IMG/VR virus record: IMGVR_UViG_3300017700_000374
Coordinates: 1-39,427 of that record
DNA: 39,427 nucleotides
Origin: a virus
Taxonomy: Duplodnaviria > Caudoviricetes
Reading direction: 5' to 3' (one strand)
Shown here piece after piece: positions 1 through 8,814 of the stretch. Below the pieces are notes generated by a model. That model was not told the origin of the DNA. It searched no databases and was given only the letters and a program-made list of their open reading frames with translations. The position numbers and the translations under genes were made by a program. Each line of letters begins with the position of its first letter. Position 1 is the stretch's first letter.

Positions 1-123
1 ACGCGACCATCCACAGCTTGTGCCTCAGCTCGCTCGCTTCCTGCTGGGCGGCCTCAACCGCCGCCAAGATCGCAGCCACAGCCGCCTTCTCGCCGTGGCG
101 CTCAAGCGCCCCACGATCACCGG
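1..123. repeat. Terminal direct repeat (identical to 39305-39427); circular-assembly overlap
   Basis: The first 123 nt (acgcgaccatcc...cacgatcaccgg) match the last 123 nt exactly, and a minus-strand ORF reads through the junction. Confidence 0.95.
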
Positions 124-169
124 GCTGGCAATGGTCAAGGAACAGCGCGCGTGCTTGCTCTGCGTTCAC
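1..169 (-). CDS. 5' part of a hypothetical protein spanning the circular junction (continues to 39153)
   Basis: GTG at 169 overlaps the upstream stop (GTGA) and follows GGAG; MNAEQARALFLDHCQPGDRGALERHGEKAAVAAILAAVE... is in frame with ORF 39153..39383. Confidence 0.75.
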   Translation of the reverse strand, partial: MNAEQARALFLDHCQPGDRGALERHGEKAAVAAILAAVEAAQQEASELRHKLWMVA

Positions 170-378
170 AATACATCTCCCTGCGATTCAACAGCCCACC
201 GAGCCTCCTGCTTGGCACGCTCGCGAGCATCGTGCTCAGTGAACGAAGCCAGCGCACGATCGCGGTTGGCGCGGTAGTCAGCTTCACGCGCGTTGAAGCG
301 CTCGGCCGTCGCAACCAGATCGCCGGCTATGTCGATCAGGATGCGCTCGAAGACGTCGGGGCGGTCGATGTGGCTCAC
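166..378 (-). CDS. Hypothetical protein (70 aa)
   Basis: GTG start overlaps the stop of 375..509; C-terminal part of track ORF 166..585. Confidence 0.65.
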   Translation of the reverse strand: MSHIDRPDVFERILIDIAGDLVATAERFNAREADYRANRDRALASFTEHDARERAKQEARWAVESQGDVL

Positions 379-509
379 TTCCGCGGCCCTCCAATTGCGT
401 AGATCGCCGCCGCCAGCTCGGCAGTGGTGCGCGAGTACAGCGCGTTGTTCGGCTGCGCTGCGGTCTCTGCCATCTTCTGGCACTCGTCGCGGGTGAGGTC
501 TCGGGTCAT
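375..509 (-). CDS. Small hypothetical protein (44 aa), first gene of the leftward accessory arm
   Basis: ATG at 509 preceded by GGAG; MTRDLTRDECQKMAETAAQ... Confidence 0.6.
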   Translation of the reverse strand: MTRDLTRDECQKMAETAAQPNNALYSRTTAELAAAIYAIGGPRK

Positions 510-619
510 GCGCTGTCTCCGGGTTGCGCTTCGTTGGGAGAGGTATGGGGGAGGATTTATCGTTTGGCAATCGTCTTTTTTGCATTGACCGACATTTTCT
601 TTTGCACTACCGATTGGGA
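510..619. promoter_or_regulatory. Divergent early control region
   Basis: AT-rich gap between divergent operons; + strand TTGACC-N17-TACCGA ends 6 nt before ATG 620 (possibly leaderless); TTTTGCA occurs twice. Confidence 0.55.
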
Positions 620-814
620 ATGGAAAAACAGCAAGCCATTGCGGCAATCCGAGAGCGGGCCAACGGGGTCCGCATTCCCATCTACAAGCTGTGTGAGAGC
701 GTGAAGGTTTCGCCCGCCACGTTCACCAGGTGGAACAGCAATCCTGAGTCCGCCCGGTGGTCTGTCATCGGGCGGCTGGAAAAGAAGCTCACCGAAATGG
801 AGGCAGAAGCATGA
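620..814 (+). CDS. Cro-like XRE helix-turn-helix protein (64 aa)
   Basis: IYKLCESVKVSPATFTRW HTH signature; first gene after the divergent promoter region. Confidence 0.75.
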   Translation: MEKQQAIAAIRERANGVRIPIYKLCESVKVSPATFTRWNSNPESARWSVIGRLEKKLTEMEAEA

Positions 815-1518
815 AGCGCCCTATCCAAGAACCCGAACGCGATATGGTCAAGTTTGCCGGTAACGATATGGTCGAACGCCAGCGGCACCCTGCTTTCGCG
901 CAGATCGGCGTAAGTCGCACGTCAGGAGGTCACACTCCGCTCTACGGCAGCGACTTCAACCACAATGCCTACATGGTAATCCGAATCGCTCACAGCGAAC
1001 TACAGCGCGGGCTTTCGCATGACTGGCCGGGCGAGCGTCGAACATTCGTAGAGGTCGCGCTATCCGAAGCGCAGTGGGCGACGTTCGTGTCCAGCCCCAA
1101 CATGGGTAACGGCGTCCAATGTACATTGCAGAGCCTACAGGGCGAGATGATGCCCGGCCTGCCTGACCCGAGCAGTCGCGCGGAACAGTTCGCAGGCGAA
1201 GCGCGTGATCGTCTGGATCGTGCAACGCAGCGGATGGATGAGGTTCTAGCGCAGATCGACGCGCTTGGCTTGCCGAAGGGCAAGGCTGAAACGCTGAAGT
1301 CGGAAATCCGCATGGCAAGGCAGGATCTCGCATCGAACCTGCCGTTCGTTGCCAAGTCCTTCGAAGAGCATACCGAGCGCGTCACTGAATCCGCCAAGGC
1401 CGAAATTCACGGCTACATGACAGGTGTCATGATGCGTGCTGGTGTTTCCGCACTTTCCGGCACTTCGGTGCCCCTGCCCCTTTCTCTTGCAGCTCCCACA
1501 CAGGACCCAACATCATGA
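811..1518 (+). CDS. Hypothetical phage protein (235 aa)
   Basis: ATGA-coupled long ORF, helical C-terminal half. Confidence 0.8.
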   Translation: MKRPIQEPERDMVKFAGNDMVERQRHPAFAQIGVSRTSGGHTPLYGSDFNHNAYMVIRIAHSELQRGLSHDWPGERRTFVEVALSEAQWATFVSSPNMGNGVQCTLQSLQGEMMPGLPDPSSRAEQFAGEARDRLDRATQRMDEVLAQIDALGLPKGKAETLKSEIRMARQDLASNLPFVAKSFEEHTERVTESAKAEIHGYMTGVMMRAGVSALSGTSVPLPLSLAAPTQDPTS

Positions 1519-1679
1519 GCCTCCTAATCAACGCCCCCACGATCGCCCATAACCGCACCGGCAGCTATGATACCGTGGTGGCATCCCGCGAGCTGTTGCG
1601 CCGGCAGCTAGCCTACAAGCAGCACCAGATTACGTGTCCGGTGCGTTTTCGGGATTTGGTTGAGGGGTTGGGGGTATGA
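1515..1679 (+). CDS. Small hypothetical protein (54 aa)
   Basis: Manual translation MSLLINAPTIAHNRTGSYDTVVASRELLRRQLAY...; ATGA overlaps at both ends. Confidence 0.65.
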   Translation: MSLLINAPTIAHNRTGSYDTVVASRELLRRQLAYKQHQITCPVRFRDLVEGLGV

Positions 1680-1951
1680 GCGGGTGGCAGCCGATTGAGA
1701 CGCTGAGATCGACTAGGCAAGTGTGTCATAATCAGATCGTGCTTAGCCGCTTTTATCAGCCGATAGACGATGACGGTGAAGCTGCCGGCGAGATGGAAAT
1801 TGCGTGGGCACATGTCGCTTATCCGACTCATTCGGGCTGGCGTGTAGGCACTGGTGGCTTTGTCGGCGTGCATGGCTTCGCTTCCTTTCCGCTAAGCGAC
1901 GCCACTCATTGGATGTACCTCCCCACACCCCCAGCCGGAGACCCAGCATGA
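1676..1951 (+). CDS. DUF551-like protein
   Basis: WQPIET N-terminus and THWMYLPTPP C-terminus, typical of this phage family. Confidence 0.75.
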   Translation: MSGWQPIETLRSTRQVCHNQIVLSRFYQPIDDDGEAAGEMEIAWAHVAYPTHSGWRVGTGGFVGVHGFASFPLSDATHWMYLPTPPAGDPA

Positions 1952-2538
1952 ACCCCCTAACCTTCACCCCCGAACAGCGCGAAGACATCCGGGCGCGGAT
2001 TGCAGACGGGCAGGACTCGGTACGCATAGCAGCCGCAATGGGCTGCAACCGCAAGACAATCCTCAACGTAGCACTTAACCACAAGCTCGGGCCATGGCTA
2101 TCGAAGCCGGCGGCCGTTGCACGGTTCCCTATCCCCGATGACTTCGTGACGTTCGCGCCAGGCAAGACTCAGCAGCAGCTTGCGACGCACTACGGTGTCA
2201 GCCGGACGCTCGCAGCTCGTTGGCAGCGTCGTGCCGGGGTCACGCCTAATCCGACCACCAGAGCCACGCCAGTGCCTCCAAAGGCCCCCGCCCCCGCCAA
2301 GCCCGCGCAGTTCGTCCGAAACTACAGCGCGGCGCCTGTGGATCGACCGCAACGTGATATGTCGCCCGCTGGTCTGGCGCAGGAGATCCTGCAGCGTGAT
2401 CGGTGGACGGTGTTTCGGTGTAATGCCGAGGGACGCGCGGATGTTGCGGGGCGGTTCTGGTTGTGTGGTCGGGTTATCTGCACGGATGACGAACTCATTG
2501 AGCGGGCGGATAGGGCAGCGAGAAGGATGGCGGCATGA
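1948..2538 (+). CDS. Double helix-turn-helix DNA-binding protein (N-terminus GcrA-N-like)
   Basis: FTPEQREDIRARIADGQDSVRIAAAMGCNRKTI and a second HTH, TQQQLATHYGVSRTLAARW; ATG at 1948 coupled to the upstream stop. Confidence 0.65.
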   Translation: MNPLTFTPEQREDIRARIADGQDSVRIAAAMGCNRKTILNVALNHKLGPWLSKPAAVARFPIPDDFVTFAPGKTQQQLATHYGVSRTLAARWQRRAGVTPNPTTRATPVPPKAPAPAKPAQFVRNYSAAPVDRPQRDMSPAGLAQEILQRDRWTVFRCNAEGRADVAGRFWLCGRVICTDDELIERADRAARRMAA

Positions 2539-3242
2539 CGTATCATCGGAAAGAGGTTATCGGTAACGCTACGTTGTACCTTGGTGATTGCCGCAGTCAC
2601 GACGCGCTCGACGTGATGTTTAATGCGCAGCCAGTCGCCGTCTTGAGTGACCCGCCTTTTGGCATCGGCTACAAAAGCGGATACGCAACTGATGACCTGT
2701 GGGTGGGGGGTCGCGCTATCGCCAACGATGAGAATTGCGACGTGCGCGACGCAATCGCCAACGTGTTTTCGCATCTGCCATGCCTGATGTTCGGGTCGCG
2801 CAAAGCCTCGCTTCCTCCGCATCATCGCATGACCCTGATTTGGGACAAAGGCCCTGCGCTCGGCATGGGCGATCTACGGCTGCCTTGGAAGCCAACGACC
2901 GAAGAGATCTACGCCATGGGCAACGCCGCCGGGTTCGTTGGCAGCCGAGATAAGGGCGCGGTGGTCTATCATCCACCGGTCCAGTCGATGGCGAAGAATG
3001 GGCGACAGCATCCAAACGAAAAGCCGGTCGGTGTGCTTCGCATCCTGCTGCAAAGCTTACCCGCGGGCACGATTTGCGACCCGTTCATGGGCTCGGGCAG
3101 CACCGGTGTTGCCTGCATGCAGGAAGGTCGCGCCTTTGTCGGCGCTGAGATCGACCCTGCCTATTTCGACATCGCCTGCAAGCGGATCGAGGACGCCCAG
3201 CGCCAAGGCAACCTGTTTGGAGACGCAGCATGCAACCCCTAG
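2535..3242 (+). CDS. Orphan amino (N6A/N4C) DNA methyltransferase, beta class
   Basis: LYLGDC, catalytic SDPPF, HPNEKP and SAM-binding DPFMGSGSTG motifs in beta order. Confidence 0.92.
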   Translation: MTYHRKEVIGNATLYLGDCRSHDALDVMFNAQPVAVLSDPPFGIGYKSGYATDDLWVGGRAIANDENCDVRDAIANVFSHLPCLMFGSRKASLPPHHRMTLIWDKGPALGMGDLRLPWKPTTEEIYAMGNAAGFVGSRDKGAVVYHPPVQSMAKNGRQHPNEKPVGVLRILLQSLPAGTICDPFMGSGSTGVACMQEGRAFVGAEIDPAYFDIACKRIEDAQRQGNLFGDAACNP

Positions 3243-3433
3243 ACACCTCCACCCTAGGCGCCATCCGCGCCTACACCAACGCAGACACGGTGAAAGCCCA
3301 GGTCGTCCGCGATGCTATCCTCGCGATGGCGGACACCACCACCAACCACCGCGTTCTCACCGCCGCCATGCAGCTTGTTGCGCATATGTCGGATGAGGAG
3401 GCGCGGAAGTTGGGGAGGTTACTTCGAACCTAG
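3230..3433 (+). CDS. Hypothetical protein (67 aa)
   Basis: GGAG upstream; last gene of the rightward early operon. Confidence 0.6.
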   Translation: MQPLDTSTLGAIRAYTNADTVKAQVVRDAILAMADTTTNHRVLTAAMQLVAHMSDEEARKLGRLLRT

Positions 3434-3658
3434 ACGCCAAACGCGAATCATTTCAGCCTCTACATAAGGGCGGATCTTCGGGGGAACCCTCTGAAGTTCC
3501 GCCCTTCTCTGTTCCTTGGTATCAAGCGCAAGGACGTCACAAGCGCCTTGGTGGATGGGGAAGCGTGCCCAGGATTGCACCGAGGCCGGCGCGTCCTGCA
3601 TATCGATCTGCCCAGAAAGGATGAGCTGCAGCCATTGGGAGGGGTGGCGGAAGGTCAC
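3419..3658 (-). CDS. Hypothetical protein (79 aa)
   Basis: GTG start overlapping the stop of the VRR-NUC gene. Confidence 0.65.
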   Translation of the reverse strand: MTFRHPSQWLQLILSGQIDMQDAPASVQSWARFPIHQGACDVLALDTKEQRRAELQRVPPKIRPYVEAEMIRVWRLGSK

Positions 3659-4068
3659 AGCTTCAAGCGCCACGCCTCGAATGCCTCCCATGCCCCTACA
3701 GCACCCAAGGCTACACAGGCGAATGCGCCGGCCTCCGCAGACGCGAGCAAGTAATCCTCCTGCTTATCTTGCCATGCTGAGAGCGTATGATCTCGGCGTT
3801 TCATTTCGCATACGAAACTGGTGGCGGCTGGGATAATAATATCCGACGCGCCGGCAGTCATGCCCTCTGCTTTATGCTTTATGACGGTTGAGAACTGGCC
3901 CTTTTCTTTCAATCCCTCGTTACGGGGATGCAACGCAAGAATACCCCAGCTAGCGGGGTACTCTGCACGCAGCTTGTTGAAGAATGAGACCTGTTCAACG
4001 TCCTCTTTCGGGCACTTACCCCTAAACGAAATGTCGCCATAAACAGGAATTAGCGGGTTAAACTTCAT
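3655..4068 (-). CDS. VRR-NUC family nuclease (Holliday-junction resolvase-like)
   Basis: HPRNEG...EGMTAGASDIII...FVCEMKR...Q PD-(D/E)XK pattern. Confidence 0.85.
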   Translation of the reverse strand: MKFNPLIPVYGDISFRGKCPKEDVEQVSFFNKLRAEYPASWGILALHPRNEGLKEKGQFSTVIKHKAEGMTAGASDIIIPAATSFVCEMKRRDHTLSAWQDKQEDYLLASAEAGAFACVALGAVGAWEAFEAWRLKL

Positions 4069-5864
4069 ATCGCATCAGCCTCCATGTCGTACGCGAGCGG
4101 GCGGTAGAAAGACGAATCTACCTCTTTGACGTAGGATATTGTCTTGGGAGCGACTTCGCCATTAGCGGTCGCGGCGGCGAACCTTGCCCATTGTTCCTGA
4201 GCCTTACGCGACTGCGACTCTGGCGTGTACCAGATCGAGAACTGACGGTACGGCGTTTTCCAATCTGCCCGAACCGTTCGGTTACCACGTTGCGATATGC
4301 CGTCTCGCACCTCCATCGACAGCACCTCATCTGTCTGCGGCGTGGTCGGATCGCGCTTCATCGCTTTAAAGTCCGACGCCAACTTCTCATTCGGGTCGAC
4401 GATCTCGCCCTTGCATGAAAAGCAATAGCGCGCGGCAATGTCATTCTTCTCGGCACAGTGCGGGCAGGCCTTGCCGGTCCACCGATAGCCGCAACGTTCG
4501 TGGCTCGGACCAACCTTCACCATACCCCAGCATCGCCGGCCGTAGTGACCTGACATAGGGCCAAAGTCGGTCTCCACACGCGCGCCGAATACGTCCAGGC
4601 AATAGCCGTGTTGGTCTAGCTCGTAGCCCTCAGCGTCTTTGTGGCGGGTGAACTGGTTGCCGTGTCCGCATTGGGGGCACTCCGCCTCTACCGCGCCTGA
4701 ACCCTCGACAGCCGATCCCGCCTTAATCGTCGGATTGTATATGTCGCCATCAGGGAAATGGCGCTCGACGTTGCCGGCGTAATCCAGAAGAAGGGAATCG
4801 GGTTTGCCGTCCGCTAGTCTCCAGGCACGCCCAAGGATCTGCTGCAGCAGCGCCGCCGACTCGGTATAGCGCAGGATGGCGATCGTTTCGGTATGCTCGA
4901 CGTCAAACCCCGTGGTTAGCGTGCCGATCGAAACCAAGTGGCGAACCTGCCGGGCGCGGTAGGCGGCGATGACCTTGCGGCGCTCAGCCGCCTTCATGTC
5001 GCCCGTGACCATCGCCGCCGTTCCGTTTTGCGGAAGGCTCGCCATAATTTCAGCGGCATGCTGACGGGTGGCGGCGAAGTACATCACCCCGCCGCGCCGC
5101 GGTTGAGCCTGTGCCAAAATGTCCGCAACGATCGCCGCGGTCTTTCGGCCATGTCCTTCAAAAGCGCGCTCTACAGTCGCGTCGTCAAGGTGTCCATTGG
5201 GGAGAAGGCGAATGCCTGACGTGTCATACTCGGTCGCGTTGATGGCGCCGACAACCATAGGCGTGATGAACCCGGCTTCCAGCATCTCACGCGCCGACAC
5301 ACGGTAGACGCACTTCGTAAAGTACGGATCGCGGGCCTTCGTATCGTCGTTTACAGCCCCGTCAGGCCATTGGCGGTAGATATATCCACCACCAAGTCTG
5401 AAGGGTGTGCCGGAAAGCCCCAGCACCCGCAGGCGCGGGTTCTTGGCCCGCATGGCGTCAATAATGGCGCGGATTGTCGGCGTCAGCCCGTGGCATTCGT
5501 CGATGATGACGGCGCAGAACTCATCAGGGTTCGAGAATCTTGAGATGGCGTTCTTGACCGTCATCGGTGTAGCGAACACGACGTGGTAGCGTGTGGATTT
5601 GGCGCCGGCCGATGCCGAAAAGATCGACGCTTTCGCGCCCGTCAGCAGGAATTTGCCGTGGTTCTGCGTCACCAGCTCGGCACTGGGGGCCAGGCACAGT
5701 ACTTTCTTGCCGCCACTGATCATATGCAGCGCATCCGCAATCGCCGCTATCATGAACGACTTGCCGGCGGCCGGGGCGGCGTCGATCAGGGCGGGGTCGG
5801 TGCTGGTGCGGAGGAAGGCTAGGGCTGCATCGACAGCGGCGGTCTGGTATGGCCGCAGGATCAT
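4065..5864 (-). CDS. SF2 DEAD/DEAH helicase, RadD/YejH-like, with C-terminal zinc ribbons
   Basis: LRPYQ Q-motif, APAAGKS Walker A, IDECH, LTTGFD, QILGR, CPQC/CPHC/CFSC motifs. Confidence 0.92.
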   Translation of the reverse strand: MILRPYQTAAVDAALAFLRTSTDPALIDAAPAAGKSFMIAAIADALHMISGGKKVLCLAPSAELVTQNHGKFLLTGAKASIFSASAGAKSTRYHVVFATPMTVKNAISRFSNPDEFCAVIIDECHGLTPTIRAIIDAMRAKNPRLRVLGLSGTPFRLGGGYIYRQWPDGAVNDDTKARDPYFTKCVYRVSAREMLEAGFITPMVVGAINATEYDTSGIRLLPNGHLDDATVERAFEGHGRKTAAIVADILAQAQPRRGGVMYFAATRQHAAEIMASLPQNGTAAMVTGDMKAAERRKVIAAYRARQVRHLVSIGTLTTGFDVEHTETIAILRYTESAALLQQILGRAWRLADGKPDSLLLDYAGNVERHFPDGDIYNPTIKAGSAVEGSGAVEAECPQCGHGNQFTRHKDAEGYELDQHGYCLDVFGARVETDFGPMSGHYGRRCWGMVKVGPSHERCGYRWTGKACPHCAEKNDIAARYCFSCKGEIVDPNEKLASDFKAMKRDPTTPQTDEVLSMEVRDGISQRGNRTVRADWKTPYRQFSIWYTPESQSRKAQEQWARFAAATANGEVAPKTISYVKEVDSSFYRPLAYDMEADAI

Positions 5865-6730
5865 TTCAGACCCCAATATTCGCTCGGCTTCCCCGTCCAC
5901 TTCGTCAGGTCAGCACCCGGTGCCAGTTCCTTCACGGCCTTCGCATAAGACACGCTTCCGGCCTTCTTCGTCAGGGTCAGCTTCCTACCGCCGAACGTAG
6001 CATTCCGCTGCCCCGCTATCGCGACCATTTCCGCCAGCAAGTCCTTGCGGCGCTCTGTGGCGCGCTCCAACGCTTCCGTTAGCTGGTCGTATTCCGCGAC
6101 CATCTTGGCGGCGTCGGGGGTGTCTATGGTGATGCGCTTGTCAGTCATATGCTCTTCTGAGTTATTCGCGAGTTCTTCCAAAAACTCGCAATGAAACTGG
6201 CGGAGAGCCGGAATATTTGTCGCCAGCCAGTCGTAATCCCGTGCCACGACTTCATGCGCGGTGCCGTGCGGCGTCCACTGCCAGAAGTGGAGTTCCGCCC
6301 ACCCACAGCAATACATCTCGACCATGACCTGCGCGCGGTAATGCGGCTGGTCGTCCAAGGTCTTGAACACAGGCGCGGGATCGTTACGGATATAAAACGG
6401 GCACTTGACCTCCAGGCCGCGACCGTCTGATACGCTGGCATCTGGCGATGCGCCTAGCCAATCTTCAAACTCGACGAACGGCATAGCCTCCGTCCGCAGG
6501 CCTGTCTCCATCTCAAACTCTTGGATAGCGCCGGCTTCGTTGTACGCACCCCAATCGGTAGCGACATTGCCGGCGAACTCGGTGGGGGCGTCAAGGGAAG
6601 CGCGGACCATGCTCCGCATGGCGTCGGCCCGCGTCATATACGGCGATAGCCCCAATATGGCGCCGACGATTGAGCCGGTGACGCGGCCTTTGCGAGCCTC
6701 GAACCATTCGGGGGTGCGTTGTTCGATCAT
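5861..6730 (-). CDS. YqaJ/lambda-exonuclease-family recombination nuclease
   Basis: EQRTPEWFEARKGRVTGS, LGASPD, LEVKCP, HYRAQV motifs. Confidence 0.92.
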   Translation of the reverse strand: MIEQRTPEWFEARKGRVTGSIVGAILGLSPYMTRADAMRSMVRASLDAPTEFAGNVATDWGAYNEAGAIQEFEMETGLRTEAMPFVEFEDWLGASPDASVSDGRGLEVKCPFYIRNDPAPVFKTLDDQPHYRAQVMVEMYCCGWAELHFWQWTPHGTAHEVVARDYDWLATNIPALRQFHCEFLEELANNSEEHMTDKRITIDTPDAAKMVAEYDQLTEALERATERRKDLLAEMVAIAGQRNATFGGRKLTLTKKAGSVSYAKAVKELAPGADLTKWTGKPSEYWGLK

Positions 6731-6897
6731 GGCCGGTTCTTCCAATCGCAAGCTTTTTGGGCTTCAGCTTTGCTGGCGTACCACCCATCACAAATATGGG
6801 TTCGCATGCCGTCGCTAGTGTGGGTCCATTCAATGATGAACCAAGGGTGGATGCCCCCGTTTTCCATTTTGGCGACTCTACAGCTTTCCTGTGCCAT
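6727..6897 (-). CDS. Small hypothetical protein (56 aa)
   Basis: Manual translation MAQESCRVAKMENGGIHPWFIIEW...; coupled at both ends. Confidence 0.6.
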   Translation of the reverse strand: MAQESCRVAKMENGGIHPWFIIEWTHTSDGMRTHICDGWYASKAEAQKACDWKNRP

Positions 6898-7196
6898 CAC
6901 CCATGCTCCCTGACTGCGACCATGGCATCGGCTAATAAATATGCATTGCGCGCTACTTGCAGCGCGCTCTCGAATTCATGCGTGCCAGATGCGAATTGCC
7001 CACCAATGACAGACAGAGACGCTTTGGCAAAATCATCTCGAAGGTTCGATATAGGCTGCTCGGCGTAAAGTGGTGTGATACCCCCTCGCATGAGGCGCGC
7101 CTGATCTCGCGCAGCAGTTTCGTCATCATGGCAATGCACGTACATGCTCTTGCCTTTGGTCCATTTGACCATCCAAGCTATCGGTAAGTTCTTCAT
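6897..7196 (-). CDS. Hypothetical protein (99 aa)
   Basis: LRDDFAKASL...ARNAYLLADAMVAVR motif common in small phage proteins; purine-rich RBS. Confidence 0.7.
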   Translation of the reverse strand: MKNLPIAWMVKWTKGKSMYVHCHDDETAARDQARLMRGGITPLYAEQPISNLRDDFAKASLSVIGGQFASGTHEFESALQVARNAYLLADAMVAVREHG

Positions 7197-7221
7197 CTTC
7201 TCTCTCCACTTCTCATCCTCG

Positions 7222-7247
7222 CCCCGGCCTCTTGTAGAGAGCCGGGG
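7222..7247. other. GC-rich stem-loop downstream of ssb (terminator or processing site?)
   Basis: CCCCGGC-CTCT-TGT-AGAG-A-GCCGGGG; no clear U-tract. Confidence 0.35.
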
Positions 7248-7263
7248 TCCGGTCAGGGGTGGC

Positions 7264-7857
7264 TCAAAATGGTACCGAGTCGTCCAGATCATCGTCCGCA
7301 AACGCCGGCTTCTTCGGCTGCGCCTTCGTCACCGGCCCCGGCGACACTTCGGAAGACCGCGGCTTCGATGCCATAAGCCAGTTACCCCCGGGCACCTTCT
7401 TGCCGTCTTCCTCTTTGTCCCAGACGCCCAAGGTCGCCACGAACTGCGCGCCCACCAGCGCCACGCCCAGATGATCGTTGGTCGGGCGCTCCTGCAGCTT
7501 CGCCAGTTTGCCCTTGGCGTTGGCGTCGATCGCCATCAGCATGCGCTTGTGCTTGTCGCGTTTCGTGACCGCCTTGCCGCGGTCAAACGCCCCGTTCGTC
7601 TTCACACCCGGATCCAGCTCGTCGATCCACAGCTTGAAGAACAGAACGCGGTTGGCGTAGCCTTCCGGCTTCATCACGCGGACCTTCAGGTTCACGAACT
7701 CTTCCGAGATCTGATAGCCCTCTTTCCAGATGGCGTCCTCGACCATCACGAGGACATTGGTGCCCTTGGGGATGACGTCGAAGTCACCGCCGCCTGCGCT
7801 GAATTCCTTGTCGTCGCTGACGGCGCTCGAACCATCGTCTAGTGTCCAGAATGACAT
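7264..7857 (-). CDS. ssb: Phage single-stranded DNA-binding protein (DUF669-like)
   Basis: FDVIPKG N-terminal motif, acidic tail DDDLDDSVPF, adjacent to a Sak4-like ATPase. Confidence 0.8.
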   Translation of the reverse strand: MSFWTLDDGSSAVSDDKEFSAGGGDFDVIPKGTNVLVMVEDAIWKEGYQISEEFVNLKVRVMKPEGYANRVLFFKLWIDELDPGVKTNGAFDRGKAVTKRDKHKRMLMAIDANAKGKLAKLQERPTNDHLGVALVGAQFVATLGVWDKEEDGKKVPGGNWLMASKPRSSEVSPGPVTKAQPKKPAFADDDLDDSVPF

Positions 7858-7858
7858 A

Positions 7859-8725
7859 TTATGCTTCCTTCTCTTCTGTGATTTCTTCTTCGATCGTATC
7901 CGGCTGATCGTCGACCGGCTCCGGCTTTGCGCGCTTCGGCTTCGGTGCAGCGCCCAGGCCAATCCACTCCGCCAGCGGGTTCTCACCCTTCACGACGTCC
8001 AAGTCTTCCGTGATGCCGTAGCGGTTCTTGGACGCCATTGCGGGAGTGAGATATGTCACCAGAACGCGATCGCCCGACGTGATAGCCCGGCCCGGCTTGG
8101 CTCCGCGTTCGCCCTTTGCCTCTGTTGCCCCGCGAACGATGCGGTCCTGCTTCAGGAAGCCGACGCAGTCGACACTGTCGAGATACGGAGCCAAGGATTT
8201 CTTGGGCAGGCGGAGCGAGTACGACGAATAGGGATCGCCGTCCGGCGGGGAAACATCGACGATTTCGGCGTGCGCCAGAAAGATGATGTTCATGCCCTTC
8301 TGCTTTCGCAGCATTTCGGCGCCCTTGCGGACTCGCATATGCGCCGCCGACACCATGCTAGCGCCGTTGCCGTACCCGCCGTGGCTCTGGTTCAGGCCAC
8401 GCGCGTTCGGATCCGCCGCAAGAACGTCCTGCGTGAACAGGATGTCGAGGCCGGTCACGGTATCGAAGGCCAGCGTCTTGAACCCGTGGTCTTCGCGCAA
8501 AAGCGCCTTGATCGCATCCCAGACTTCCGCCGCGGTTTCGACTTCGAGCAGCGTGGGGGTCTGGTGCTTGGGGATGTCCCGTGGGGGCTTTTCGCCCTGC
8601 GTGCGGATCATGATCACGTCGGGGAATGTGCAGGCCAGCGTGGATTTGCCTGTTCCCTGTACGCCGACAATCGTGCCGACAAAGGGCTCGGGCTCCGGCT
8701 TGGAGGCCCGGTCGAGGATACTCAT
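7859..8725 (-). CDS. AAA_24 / Sak4-like ATPase (single-strand annealing recombinase)
   Basis: GVQGTGKST Walker A, TLAFDTVT Walker B, GGYGNG, IIFLAH, SKNRY motifs. Confidence 0.88.
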   Translation of the reverse strand: MSILDRASKPEPEPFVGTIVGVQGTGKSTLACTFPDVIMIRTQGEKPPRDIPKHQTPTLLEVETAAEVWDAIKALLREDHGFKTLAFDTVTGLDILFTQDVLAADPNARGLNQSHGGYGNGASMVSAAHMRVRKGAEMLRKQKGMNIIFLAHAEIVDVSPPDGDPYSSYSLRLPKKSLAPYLDSVDCVGFLKQDRIVRGATEAKGERGAKPGRAITSGDRVLVTYLTPAMASKNRYGITEDLDVVKGENPLAEWIGLGAAPKPKRAKPEPVDDQPDTIEEEITEEKEA

Positions 8726-8755
8726 GCTTTCTTCCTTCTCTCTTTGCTTCCGTCG

Positions 8756-8787
8756 TTGACAGTATGCCGTGCCTAACGTACGGTCAA
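8756..8787. promoter_or_regulatory. Overlapping divergent sigma70-type promoters
   Basis: + strand TTGACA(8756-61)-N17-TACGGT(8779-84); - strand TTGACC(8787-82)-N17-TACTGT(8764-59). Confidence 0.75.
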
Positions 8788-8814
8788 GCCACATTCTGAT
8801 ACGCCGGAGGAAAA

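Noticed and set aside
2535-4068. MTase plus VRR-NUC as a restriction-modification system
   Set aside because: They are in opposite, convergent operons, and VRR-NUC belongs to the recombination cluster
7144-8776. Long + strand ORFs (7144..7842, 7730..8776) and similar antisense ORFs elsewhere (e.g. 24873..25601, 28777..29475)
   Set aside because: Shadow frames of well-supported genes in GC-rich DNA, with no RBS or motifs
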